Source: Gammaproteobacteria bacterium
GTDB taxonomy: Bacteria; Pseudomonadota; Gammaproteobacteria; UBA4575
Assembly: GCA_033344735.1 (NCBI GenBank)
Contig: JAWPMW010000001.1
Location: 911,869-975,868 of the forward strand
Direction of reading: 5' to 3'
DNA: 64,000 nt
Below are positions 37,610 to 47,796 of the stretch, piece by piece. The notes beneath the pieces are model-generated. The model saw only the letters and a program-made list of their open reading frames with translations, ran no database searches and was not told the origin of the DNA. The position numbers were made by a program, and so were the translations under genes. Every line of letters begins with the position of its first letter. Within the stretch, counting starts at the first letter, position 1.

Positions 37610-38692
37610 CTATGAGGTTTGCAAATTGACCAACCAAGCGATAATAAATATTTGCGGAACAGTAATTAAAGGTAAAAATAAGGCTATCTTCCAGGAGCGT
37701 GTCGATTCTTTAAGCACCATTACTTCCGTATAGTCTGTGGAAACACCAGCCATTAAAAACGCAAAACTATTACCAGGAGATTTAGCACGTGTTAGTAAAT
37801 CAGCAGCGATTGGTGCTGAACCTTCAGAACATACTTCTATTACCGTGGCTGCTATAAGGGTAAAAATTAGACCAACCATGGTCGGACCGAAATATTGCTG
37901 AAACAAAGATACGTCAACAAAGGCACGAATTAGACTGGCCAGTAACACTCCGAATAAAATCCATCTCACTACCATGCGTGATTCTAAAATCCCGCTTTTG
38001 AGCATATCCAAACATGTATTTGTGTTAAATGTTGCTAAGGACAACTGCATTTTGGCTTCATACCAGAAATTAAATTCGCTAGGTAATTCTATGGTATGAG
38101 AGTTAGCGGGCAATACACCTTTTTTTTCCAAAGAATCAAATAACCAACCAGAAAACAAGGCAATAAGCATTGAGGCAAAAATAAAAAATAATGTCCACTT
38201 CAAACCAATCAAAGCAAATAAAATTATTGTTAATGAAAATGAATTCCATGGGCTTGCAATTAAAAATGCCATCACTTGCCCAACACTCGCACCTCTTTCA
38301 TATAATTTAGCACCTACCATCAAGATACCATGACTACATAAATCTAATAAGACGCCACCTATAGTTGCACGCATTATTCCACCAAAGCCTGTTCCGGTAC
38401 CTAAAACACAAATAACAAATTCACGTGGCACTTTTGATAATAACGCCAGCATTACTATACCTAGCAATATTCCCCACCATACGATATTCAATAAAGAATA
38501 TACGGATTGCGCCATTACTTCTAACCATTGCACTTGCTCTATAACAACTAAAAACTGCCAATGCAAAACATATAATATAGTGCAGAATAATATCGAACCC
38601 CATAGCAAATAATCCACTGAACTACCGGGCTCATGACAGCTACTTTCCTGTTTAGGTGAATTACAACAACTTGACATCAAATTCCAATGCAA
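37610..38692 (-). CDS. Polytopic membrane permease with Cys-rich N-terminus (UPF0718/DUF318-like)
   Basis: 360 aa with about 8-10 predicted TM helices. N-terminal SSCCNSPKQESSCHEPGSS suggests a metal/thiol-binding tail. Confidence 0.45.
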   Translation of the reverse strand: MHWNLMSSCCNSPKQESSCHEPGSSVDYLLWGSILFCTILYVLHWQFLVVIEQVQWLEVMAQSVYSLLNIVWWGILLGIVMLALLSKVPREFVICVLGTGTGFGGIMRATIGGVLLDLCSHGILMVGAKLYERGASVGQVMAFLIASPWNSFSLTIILFALIGLKWTLFFIFASMLIALFSGWLFDSLEKKGVLPANSHTIELPSEFNFWYEAKMQLSLATFNTNTCLDMLKSGILESRMVVRWILFGVLLASLIRAFVDVSLFQQYFGPTMVGLIFTLIAATVIEVCSEGSAPIAADLLTRAKSPGNSFAFLMAGVSTDYTEVMVLKESTRSWKIALFLPLITVPQIFIIAWLVNLQTS

Positions 38693-38880
38693 TAGGGTTA
38701 ATTAACTTATGCTAAATAAAAAAGTTTAATCATTAAACATGTAATCTCTATATTACACTGATTCACTGGGCAATTCTCACAGCAATATAACCCGATTGTT
38801 TAAGCAAAAATTAATCACAGAATTGCGGGGATGTGCTTTTGATATTGTATTAAAATTTAATAGCACTAATTTATAATCTA

Positions 38881-39705
38881 TTACTCAGAAACTGCAAATG
38901 TTTCCAGCCGAACCAAATGCATTAACTCTTTAAAATCATCAACAATAACATCAGGTCTATGTGGATGCGTGACTGTACCTGGAAAAATTTTATCCAGCCA
39001 TTCTTTGCTCCAATCTGCCCCATTGTAGTAAATTGCTGTTACGCCAGCTTCTTTTGCCGCAATAATATCGGTAGTACTATCACCCACATACCAGCAAGAC
39101 AAACTTGCTTCTTCATCTAATTCATGGAGTGCTTTTAAAATTTGGTCAGGAGCCGGCTTCCTCTTCGGCACATCATCTCCACAAACAATAACATCAAAGA
39201 AATGCTCCCAACCAGTTTCGTTAACCACCGAAACCTCATGCATCATAAATTCGCGATTTCGATTAGTTAGCGCCCCTACGGCCAAGTTCAATTCACGTAG
39301 ATCTGTTAACATTTTTTCAACACCTTCCTCAAAAGGGTGTACATCACCAAAATAATCACGATAAGCATCATCAAATGCTTCATGGACCAATTTCTTTGCC
39401 TCTTCATCATCGCCAAACAGCACTTGAAAAATATCAGTACGTGAGACTTTACGAGCAACCTTTAACTTTGGGTGTAGTTTTTTATTATCGCGCACATACT
39501 TAACTAATTTAGCATCTTCCAGTGTTTTGCTATCCTCAGTTTTCACCATCCTATCCACTACACCCAGCTCATTTAGCTTAGGCAAAACATCATCAATAGC
39601 GTGATACATAGCATCATGCGTATCAACCAATGTGGCGTGCCAATCAAACAATATAATTTTTGGTGCCGCGTAAGGTATATCTACTATGCTCACTATATAA
39701 TCCAC
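38881..39705 (-). CDS. HAD-superfamily hydrolase
   Basis: IILFDWHATLVDT (DxHxT/D motif I), GDS..D motif IV (YVGDSTTDIIAAKEAG). Confidence 0.65.
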   Translation of the reverse strand: MDYIVSIVDIPYAAPKIILFDWHATLVDTHDAMYHAIDDVLPKLNELGVVDRMVKTEDSKTLEDAKLVKYVRDNKKLHPKLKVARKVSRTDIFQVLFGDDEEAKKLVHEAFDDAYRDYFGDVHPFEEGVEKMLTDLRELNLAVGALTNRNREFMMHEVSVVNETGWEHFFDVIVCGDDVPKRKPAPDQILKALHELDEEASLSCWYVGDSTTDIIAAKEAGVTAIYYNGADWSKEWLDKIFPGTVTHPHRPDVIVDDFKELMHLVRLETFAVSE

Positions 39706-39928
39706 CCATAATTTAATATTAGAATTTCAAACAAGTTCATTTAACAATTAAAATATCAGCATTGGTACGCATAAATTGTAAAAAAATGTTACTCAATTTA
39801 CTGATGTGATTTAACTCACTTATCAATACCAACATTCTATTACAATTGCTTCTCTTGAAATTCAAAACAATAATAAATGGACTATCTAATCACAATTAAT
39901 ACAGATAAGCCCACAAAGAGACTCTACA

Positions 39929-40165
39929 ATGATTGATGATCCAAATGACACGCTAACTACTATCGAAGCAAAAGTACTTTGCTTGAGATACGGAATTAAG
40001 AATATTGATGCTAGTAATAGCGTGAAAAAGCTAAGTACGCATCAAGTAGAAGAACGGAACCCAAGTCGCAGCATAACTGTTATAGCAAAAGCACTTGGCT
40101 CAGATAAAGATACCGTAAAGTATACAGAGCAAAATGCTCTCAGAAAACTGAACATTAGCAAATAA
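39929..40165 (+). CDS. Stand-alone sigma-70 region-4-like small protein (78 aa)
   Basis: LTTIEAKVLCLRYGI......ITVIAKALGSDKDTVKYTEQNALRKL parallels RpoD region 4.2 (LTAREAKVLRMRFGI...[26 protein letters not shown]). Confidence 0.4.
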   Translation: MIDDPNDTLTTIEAKVLCLRYGIKNIDASNSVKKLSTHQVEERNPSRSITVIAKALGSDKDTVKYTEQNALRKLNISK

Positions 40166-40353
40166 TCATGATTTTCGAATTGGGCTAACCATATAATTTT
40201 TGGTCAATTAAATTCTAAATAGCATGCCATACAGCCCTATACTAGCGCGGATTATCCGTTTATTCGGAAATTTACCCCAATAAAGCACAGGAATTGGATA
40301 TAGTTTGCCTACAATTTTCAAACTAAACCCAACTACATTTCTATCTAGCTACA

Positions 40354-40677
40354 ATGTCTAGCCAAAAAAATAAAAAAGAACATTTCGCTGTGATTGGTAT
40401 TCCATGGTATTCGGAAAGGTCCTGGAATAAAATGAAGGATATATCGGAGGATCAAGATAATTTCCACGCGTCTTATCAAATATGGTTGGCTCACGCAGAC
40501 AAAAGTGTTGTTATTTTAACCAATCGTGGCAAGCTATTTGAACGCTTGAAAATTGATCCAACGAGTTATTCCTGGTGGTGCAAAAATCAATCTATTCCTC
40601 GCGACAAAGAATCGCGCCGATTGTACATAAAATATTTATTAGAAAATAAAATCAGTCAACAAGAAGCTATTGATTAA
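40354..40677 (+). CDS. hypothetical protein (107 aa)
   Basis: ORF track only, no motifs recognised. Confidence 0.3.
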   Translation: MSSQKNKKEHFAVIGIPWYSERSWNKMKDISEDQDNFHASYQIWLAHADKSVVILTNRGKLFERLKIDPTSYSWWCKNQSIPRDKESRRLYIKYLLENKISQQEAID

Positions 40678-40739
40678 TCATTTAATAAAATGCTGTTATT
40701 TTTATTATCTTTATAAGCAACGAAAATACTTAAAGGAAT

Positions 40740-41447
40740 TCATTCATTTAAAGTCTTTAGCACAGTAATTATCTCTTCTGGAGTTGCTCTATTTTTATAA
40801 TCCGCATCTAAGAATGCATATTCAACCACACCATTTTTAGCAATCACATATGTAACAGCTAACGGCAGCCTATTTTCATTATCACCATTATGAGCATTCA
40901 ATTTAGATGACAAATCGTAATGGTCTACTACATAATTAGGCACGGTATAAGCAAGCTTATACCTATCTGCAACTTTATTTTTGGTATCACTAAGCACCTG
41001 AAATTCAAGCATATGTCGCTCTTTGGTAGACATTGTTTTGTCCGGTAGCTCTGGCGAGATAGCAATAACCTGTCCACCAGCCTGATGAATTTCATTTAAT
41101 TTCTTTTGTATGTGTTGAAGTTGTAAATTACAGTAAGGACACCAACCACCACGGTACCAAACGAGAACCACAGGACCTTTCTCTAATTGATCATATAAAC
41201 TGACATATTTTCCTATAGCATTAACGAGATTGAACTCAGGCGCATAATCACCAACATTTATTGCTTTATCTAGAATTCCTGAATATCTTACTTCATCAAC
41301 CCCATTATTGAAGTCACTCTGCACATCCTCTGGCGCTGTTTCAATGAAATCTTTTACAAATCTATCAAGATCTTCAGACAGACTAGTCGTTGCATAAGCA
41401 ATATTAGAAACACATATAGCTATTAATACCAAAATCAGTTTAGTCAT
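40740..41447 (-). CDS. Secreted redoxin / AhpC-TSA-family thiol peroxidase-like protein
   Basis: Signal peptide. VWYRGGWCPYCNLQL (thioredoxin-fold CxxC, peroxiredoxin/redoxin family). Confidence 0.7.
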   Translation of the reverse strand: MTKLILVLIAICVSNIAYATTSLSEDLDRFVKDFIETAPEDVQSDFNNGVDEVRYSGILDKAINVGDYAPEFNLVNAIGKYVSLYDQLEKGPVVLVWYRGGWCPYCNLQLQHIQKKLNEIHQAGGQVIAISPELPDKTMSTKERHMLEFQVLSDTKNKVADRYKLAYTVPNYVVDHYDLSSKLNAHNGDNENRLPLAVTYVIAKNGVVEYAFLDADYKNRATPEEIITVLKTLNE

Positions 41448-41639
41448 GGATTTTCCACCCGCATAGAAAGCAAGTTAATGAATTTTATGCTGACAAGATA
41501 ACATTGGCACCTTAAAACTTGCAACTTGATAGGTGCAGAATGGTGTTATTCATTTCAATAATTTTTGTAAGCTATTATTCAGAAGAGATATTCCTACTTA
41601 ACAATCAAGAAACACTAAGAGATTCTTTAGGTATAAGCT

Positions 41640-43046
41640 TTAATCTTGATAATTTTGCGAGGCAGATTTTTTAGTACGATACAAACCCCATCTATTTCGT
41701 CGCATCCAAAGCGCTTTTCTGCCTATACCTAATAGTGATGCAAGTTGCTGTTCGCTGTATTCGTGCTGATAGTCTTTAACAATTTTTTTGGTAAACTCTT
41801 CAATAGACATAGGCGCAATTTCGCTTTCGTCCGATAATGTTGAATTTAAATTAGACGCATGATGACTCCTTATATGCTTGAAGTCTTTTATTTTCAATTC
41901 ATCATCTGTGGCTAATATGATAGCCCTTTCAATTGAATTTTCTAGCTCTCTAATATTACCAGGCCATTCATATTCCATTAAATATTCAATCAACTCATTG
42001 TTTGCACTATTAACTTTTCTGCCTAATTTCTTATTGTGCATTTCAATAAAATGATCTACTAATAATACTAAATCATTTGCTCTTTTTCTTAATGGAGGAA
42101 CTAATATCTGTACAACATTAAGTCGATAATAAAGATCTTCACGCATTTTGCCCTTACTAACTTCGTAATGCAGGTCTCTATTGCCCGCTGCAATGATTCT
42201 TATATCAACATTGTAATCTTTATTACTTCCAACAGGTCTAACAATTCTTTCTTCTATTACTCTAAGCAGTTTAACTTGAAGCGAAAGATCCAACTCAGCT
42301 ATTTCATCCAGAAATAAAGTGCCGCCATTAGCTTGTCGTATTAAACCTTCTGTTTCATTCGTTGCTCCGGTATAAGCACCTTTTGCATGACCAAAAAATT
42401 CTGACTCCATCAGCTCCTTTGGAATAGCGCCGCAATTGACTGCAACAAATCTGCCTTCTCTTCTTGGGCTTGCTCTATGAATAGCTTGCGCAACAAGCTC
42501 CTTTCCGGTTCCACTTTCACCTTGTATTAATACAGTTGCTTCACAGGGGCCAACACGAGTAATCAATGACTTCAATTCAATCATCGATTGGCTTTCACCA
42601 ATTATTTCTCTTTTCTGACGCAATGCTACATCTAGGTCACGTTTGAGATTTTTATTTTCTTTTTTAATACTTCTTTCATTGATTACACGTACAACAGCAT
42701 GTAACAAATATGAATCTGTAAACGGACGCAAAATATAGTCTGCTGCACCTAGACGCAACGCTTGAGCTGCACACTTTATAGAAGTATAGCTTGTATATAT
42801 TATAATAGGACATTCCAACTTTTCAGATCTAACTTTTCTAAGTAGATCCAAGCCAGATTGGCCATTCATATTAAGGTCGCTGAGTACCAAGTCGAAATGT
42901 TCAGATAACAGCATATCAACCGCGTTATCTACTTTTCTAACGTGTTTTACATCAAACTGTTCTTCCATGAGAGGTTCTAAGACTGTTTCAGCAAATTCTA
43001 TATCGCTATCAACGACTAAAATTTTATGTACATGCGTAAAACCCAT
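41640..43046 (-). CDS. Sigma-54-dependent response regulator (NtrC family: REC + AAA+ sigma-54 activator + Fis-type HTH)
   Basis: REC domain with acceptor Asp (LVLSDLNM). GESGTGKE Walker A, GAFTGA-like loop (GAYTGA), ESEFFGH, and a C-terminal HTH (LASLLGIGRKALWMRRNRWGL). Confidence 0.85.
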   Translation of the reverse strand: MGFTHVHKILVVDSDIEFAETVLEPLMEEQFDVKHVRKVDNAVDMLLSEHFDLVLSDLNMNGQSGLDLLRKVRSEKLECPIIIYTSYTSIKCAAQALRLGAADYILRPFTDSYLLHAVVRVINERSIKKENKNLKRDLDVALRQKREIIGESQSMIELKSLITRVGPCEATVLIQGESGTGKELVAQAIHRASPRREGRFVAVNCGAIPKELMESEFFGHAKGAYTGATNETEGLIRQANGGTLFLDEIAELDLSLQVKLLRVIEERIVRPVGSNKDYNVDIRIIAAGNRDLHYEVSKGKMREDLYYRLNVVQILVPPLRKRANDLVLLVDHFIEMHNKKLGRKVNSANNELIEYLMEYEWPGNIRELENSIERAIILATDDELKIKDFKHIRSHHASNLNSTLSDESEIAPMSIEEFTKKIVKDYQHEYSEQQLASLLGIGRKALWMRRNRWGLYRTKKSASQNYQD

Positions 43047-43251
43047 AATGATTTACCTTGATTCTTTAATTTTTTTCTTGTCTTGTACTTTAGCTATTAA
43101 TGTCATAAAAGTGGGGAGTAATGATTCATTACAATATTTTAAGAAATTTATATAAATCAAATCTACTACTTGAAATTAACACCCATCATATTTTCAACAA
43201 CATGATCTAATTGATTTATAAAATATCAGTCTTAAAATCCATAATATATAA

Positions 43252-43515
43252 TTATGGATTCAAATCTAATACTTCCTCAATTTCTTCAAAAGGTAGAGAA
43301 GCCTCCTCATTTACTGACTTTACAGTAGCAGCATCACCCGCCTCGAATAAGCACGTACACTTTTCGCTACTTGGGTAAAAATTACTTCTAATATATTTAA
43401 CAGATGTTCCTTTTTCAGAAAATTCATTGCTTTTTTCTATTGCTGCTTTTTGAGCAGCGCCAAGATCTTCCATTGATATACCCGCTAAGTTTCTTTGTAC
43501 GGCAAATATAGGCAT
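43252..43515 (-). CDS. DUF4242-like small protein (87 aa)
   Basis: MPIF..Q......S.EDL..A...........G.......F.....K..CLFEA......K.......PFEEIEEV matches the DUF4242 pattern. Confidence 0.45.
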   Translation of the reverse strand: MPIFAVQRNLAGISMEDLGAAQKAAIEKSNEFSEKGTSVKYIRSNFYPSSEKCTCLFEAGDAATVKSVNEEASLPFEEIEEVLDLNP

Positions 43516-43603
43516 TTCTCACCTCCAATTATTTTTACGTAACAATGTGCCAGATAGAATACTCACTTATCTGGCACATTAAACTACTACAGTATAATTT
43601 TGC

Positions 43604-45055
43604 TTAGTGGGCATGAAAATGTTTTGCGCCTGCCCATGGCGAATCAGTTGTACCATCTTCGATAGATTCTTTACCTTTATATGAACCTCGAACTTTAGTT
43701 GCAGGATGATCACTACCTGTATATGGACTTGACGGATCAACCAGTTTCTCTCTAAATGTGCCTGGCGCATATTCTGTTTGTGCGCGTCCTCGCTTCACAA
43801 GTTCAGGCCTTACATAATCAATAAAGTCGGTGACAGATCCTGGAGTGATAGCATACGCAAGGTTAAACCCATCAACACCGCCGTAATCTACCCATCGCTC
43901 TAACTCATTAGCGACTTTTTCAGGCCCACCAACAAGTACTGGACCAAGACCACCAATGCAACGCTCTTTAATCACATCACGCACGGACACATTTTTTCCA
44001 CCATCTTCAGTTAATGATTCAAGTGTTGTACGCAGAGCATCATTATCTAATGCCTTGAGTGGCTCATCAGGTTCTAATTTAGAGAAATCTATACCAGTCC
44101 AACCACCGTATAGTGCCAACATGCCTTCAGGATTTACATATTGTAAATAATCTTCGTATTTCTGTTGTGCTTGCTCATCGGTTGAGCCCGTCACAACTGT
44201 TAAAAGTGTAAAGATTTTAATTGAACCAGGATTGCGCCCTGCTTCCTTTTCATATTTTCTTATATCATCCGTAACTGTTTTCGAATGCTCAGGGCTAGTT
44301 GTCAAAATGAACATTGCTTCACAATGCTTGGCTGCAAACTGACGGCCACGACTAGATGCACCAGCCTGAAAGATAACCGGGGTACGTTGTGGTGAAGGCT
44401 CGCATAAATGGAACCCTGGAACTTTAAAGTATTTACCTTCATGTTTAATAGGATGAACTTTTGTAGGATCAGTAAATATTCCACTTTCTTTATCACGTTT
44501 AACAGCGTCTTCTTCCCATGAGCCTTCCCATAACTTATACATCACTTCCATATATTCATCTGCATAGTCGTAACGTTCATCATGTGCCATCTGTTGATCC
44601 ATACCAATATTAAGCGCGGCACTATTCAAATATGAAGACACCACGTTCCATGCAACACGGCCTTTGGTAAGATGATCTAGGGTTGATAATCGGCTTGCAA
44701 GAAGATAAGGAGGCTCAAATGTCACTGCAGCGGTTACGCCGAATCCGACATTCTTTGTGGCAGCTGCCATTGCTGCAATTGCGCAAAATGGATCATTAAC
44801 TGGAATTTGTGCTGCGTCTTTAAGCGATGCCGCTGCAGTACCACGGTATACATCATACATACCTTTAACATCAGCAATGAACAAAGTATCGAAAACTCCA
44901 CGTTCAAGCTCAATAGCCATGTTCGTCCAATACTCTATATCATTATATCTTGAAGCCTGGCTATTTGGATGAGTCCACATCCCTGATGATTGATGGCTCA
45001 CACATGTCATATCAAAAGCATTTAAAATAATGCGCTTTTTTGCACCCTTACTCAT
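43604..45055 (-). CDS. Luciferase-like (LLM) FMNH2-dependent monooxygenase, NtaA/SnaA/DszA/DmoA subfamily (483 aa)
   Basis: ILNAFDMTCVSHQSSGMWTHP N-terminal signature of the NtaA/DszA family. TIM-barrel LLM length of about 450-480 aa. Start reassigned to the second Met (MSKGAKKR, AGGAG RBS) because a sigma-54 promoter overlaps the first. Confidence 0.8.
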   Translation of the reverse strand: MSKGAKKRIILNAFDMTCVSHQSSGMWTHPNSQASRYNDIEYWTNMAIELERGVFDTLFIADVKGMYDVYRGTAAASLKDAAQIPVNDPFCAIAAMAAATKNVGFGVTAAVTFEPPYLLASRLSTLDHLTKGRVAWNVVSSYLNSAALNIGMDQQMAHDERYDYADEYMEVMYKLWEGSWEEDAVKRDKESGIFTDPTKVHPIKHEGKYFKVPGFHLCEPSPQRTPVIFQAGASSRGRQFAAKHCEAMFILTTSPEHSKTVTDDIRKYEKEAGRNPGSIKIFTLLTVVTGSTDEQAQQKYEDYLQYVNPEGMLALYGGWTGIDFSKLEPDEPLKALDNDALRTTLESLTEDGGKNVSVRDVIKERCIGGLGPVLVGGPEKVANELERWVDYGGVDGFNLAYAITPGSVTDFIDYVRPELVKRGRAQTEYAPGTFREKLVDPSSPYTGSDHPATKVRGSYKGKESIEDGTTDSPWAGAKHFHAH

Positions 45056-45099
45056 AATTCTCCTACCCTTCTTTGAATTGATGTTATCCAAAGTAGTAC

Positions 45100-45114
45100 T
45101 GCAAATGACATGCC
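45100..45114 (-). promoter_or_regulatory. Sigma-54 (-24/-12) promoter for the LLM monooxygenase operon
   Basis: Minus strand reads aGGCATGtcatTTGCAg, matching the TGGCAC-n5-TTGCA consensus with correct GG-n10-GC spacing. An NtrC-type activator gene lies in the same gene string. Confidence 0.5.
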
Positions 45115-45456
45115 TAGAACATAACTAGTTAAAATATATGGAATATATTATATAGGTACCTCCCTATATGATTCGAAATGACACAAATTATCTTAAATTT
45201 ATTTCACATTGTTTCTATTTGACTCATCATAAAATATTCTGCAGTGCATTTTCATTATTATTATACTTAATGAAACCAATTATGATTACCTAATATAAAT
45301 TCAAGTAACAGGTAAAGTAAGTAAAGAGAACATCTGGAAACACTTAAAACCGCTTTTTAAATTGATAACATATAAACTTATGATAAGTATTGATCATTCA
45401 TTATCTCTATTAAAAGACTCTTACTTACCCTCTATTAGAATCCTGGAGTTGGAATA

Positions 45457-45822
45457 ATGTCAGAGGCTGTAGCCATACTTGGAGCAAGCAATCAACATTA
45501 TAGGCATGCATATAAAGCTCAATTATCATTGATCTCAAATGGACACACTGCCGTTCCAATTAATCCAAAATACGACATCATTGATGGGATTCAGTGTCAC
45601 CCTGATCTAGCATCATGCTCACACAAGATTGATACAATCACAGTGTATGTGCGTCCATTTATCTTATCGAACTTGGTCGCAGACATCATAGAGTCCTCTC
45701 CTGGCCGAGTTATTTTGAACCCAGGGACTGAGGATTCGAATATCATAAAACAATTGCAAAAGGCTGATATTCTAGTTGAAGTGGCCTGTACGCTTGTACT
45801 CCTTCGCACTTCAGAATTTTAA
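45457..45822 (+). CDS. CoA-binding domain protein (YccU-like)
   Basis: VAILGASNQHYRHAYKA...GHTAVPINP matches the CoA-binding (PF13380) N-terminal Rossmann-like motif. Confidence 0.6.
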   Translation: MSEAVAILGASNQHYRHAYKAQLSLISNGHTAVPINPKYDIIDGIQCHPDLASCSHKIDTITVYVRPFILSNLVADIIESSPGRVILNPGTEDSNIIKQLQKADILVEVACTLVLLRTSEF

Positions 45823-46000
45823 TTTTATATAATTTTTCTCAATATCCTAAAAATACTTTGCAAAGAAATATTTAATATATTCCGGCACTGCACTCAAGCA
45901 AAAAATGATTGGATGTGCACACATTAAGATAAATAATTAACATACACTAATTATCTCAAAGCCAAGATTAAGCATGCATCTTCTTTTAAATTGCAGAGCT

Positions 46001-47758
46001 TTAATTTCGCCTTTTTCTTTTCTTAGGATTATCTGAGTTCACCAAGAAAACATTCTCTTGAATCTCTCTACCAATACGTGTGTTACGACGAATCACTTGC
46101 GCAAGAGATGTCTGCTCAATTGAACGTACTTGACGAGGTGACATGCTGTTTTCATACCAGAAGCGGTCACCATCACGCAGCCTTTCAAATTGGTCCTTTA
46201 AAATAGCAAAGAAAACTTCTCCCACTAATGCCCCGGCTACTTTATCTTCTGCGAGGCCACCTACCCAAAGATCAACTTCGTTAACGGTCGTATAAGCTTC
46301 AGCCAACTTTGCTTGTATGTCAGTATTCGATGAAATATCTGCGAAGTTCACAACAGGTGCCAGACCTAATGCGACGCGAGTATCATTATAACTAGCTAAA
46401 CCATGATCACGCCCACGTTGTATATTGAGTGAAGCTAAATCAAACCCTCCATTACCAGGTAGACCAAATAAAAAATTACGAACATCATCAATGATAAGCA
46501 CATCAAGGTCTTGGCAAGCCTGTTTTGCCAGCCCCCTTAATATAGGGTCAATACCACCTTCATTGATAATACTACCGGGAGAGAAGAAAGCATCTCGCAA
46601 GGAGAGATTTCCAAAAGCAATTTCATTACCACTTCGATCCAATCGCAGTATTTGTGGTGAAAGTAAACTATGTCCCAAGCGATATGCAGCAGTAGAAAAT
46701 TCATTACGAATGCTTGCATCAAGATCGGGGTTATAACCACTGTATTCACTTAATGCATTTGGTCCAAGTAGCACGGGTATAAATTCTTTATAAGTAATGA
46801 CCTGCATAAGCGCAGCTACTTTATTACGTGCACGTTGATAAATTTCATCACCGCTTAAATTGGATTGACGTCTAGCAATTCTTGTTGCCAGTCGATTATG
46901 CTCGCGAACAAATAAAGTATGCATAGCTGTGAGTCCAACTTGCTCATTAGCACGCACATCACCTGCCAAGAATAATGTCTCACTTGGACCACCAGCATTA
47001 CTTAAACCCGCAGTATTAAATGGTAGTAGGTTGCCCTCACTGGTTTTTAATTTTCCGGTACCATCTAAAGTACGCAATTCAGCGGCACGCTCATCATCAG
47101 AACCATATACATTAGATGCATCAATCCAGCCGGTGATTTCGTTAACTTGTTGGCGTGGATTATCAGCATTGAGTCCTGTCAGTTCATCATAGTTTGATCG
47201 GTTGAATGGCAGCACCACATCACCCGCATCATTAGGATCAAAAAGCTCATCTCCAGAAGGGATAGCAATGTTAGCAGGTTCTGGTATCGGCACGCCTTCG
47301 GTTAAATCAATATCGTGATCTAGAAATTGGCCCCACTGCCAAAGAAAGTCACTGGCAACATTTGGGGTTTGTGTTGAGATGGCTTGCGCCAATACACTAT
47401 TACTAACGACACGTGGATTGGGTCGTGTTGCTCCTGCTAATGCTGATATGTCATCACTATATGCATTTGGTGCAATGCGAGCCAACTGTGTGTGAGGCGT
47501 ATTCATGTCTGGGACTGCAATATTATTATTCGTTCCATTAATCGAGCGAATAAATACTTCGATGTTATTATTTTTATTGCGTCGATTATGGTCACGTTCG
47601 ATTCGTCGAACAGGAGAAGCATTTCGATCTTGTACGGTTTTATCCGCTTCTTTTAATAATTCGCCACCAGAAAGCCTTTGCCGTTGCTCTCCAATAACAA
47701 CTGTTGATACAAAAAAAGCACCTAATATAATAAAAATAATTATACTTTTTCTTGTCAT
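46001..47758 (-). CDS. Secreted animal-type haem peroxidase (peroxidase-cyclooxygenase superfamily)
   Basis: Signal peptide. LWQWGQFLDHDIDLT distal-His motif, GDVRANEQVGLTAMHTLFVREHNRLA proximal-His region, NIQRGRDHGLASYN, DLWVGGLAEDKV, RDGDRFWYEN. Confidence 0.85.
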   Translation of the reverse strand: MTRKSIIIFIILGAFFVSTVVIGEQRQRLSGGELLKEADKTVQDRNASPVRRIERDHNRRNKNNNIEVFIRSINGTNNNIAVPDMNTPHTQLARIAPNAYSDDISALAGATRPNPRVVSNSVLAQAISTQTPNVASDFLWQWGQFLDHDIDLTEGVPIPEPANIAIPSGDELFDPNDAGDVVLPFNRSNYDELTGLNADNPRQQVNEITGWIDASNVYGSDDERAAELRTLDGTGKLKTSEGNLLPFNTAGLSNAGGPSETLFLAGDVRANEQVGLTAMHTLFVREHNRLATRIARRQSNLSGDEIYQRARNKVAALMQVITYKEFIPVLLGPNALSEYSGYNPDLDASIRNEFSTAAYRLGHSLLSPQILRLDRSGNEIAFGNLSLRDAFFSPGSIINEGGIDPILRGLAKQACQDLDVLIIDDVRNFLFGLPGNGGFDLASLNIQRGRDHGLASYNDTRVALGLAPVVNFADISSNTDIQAKLAEAYTTVNEVDLWVGGLAEDKVAGALVGEVFFAILKDQFERLRDGDRFWYENSMSPRQVRSIEQTSLAQVIRRNTRIGREIQENVFLVNSDNPKKRKRRN

Positions 47759-47796
47759 GCCGCCGCCTTATTTTCTTGATTAAGTTGTTTTACTCA

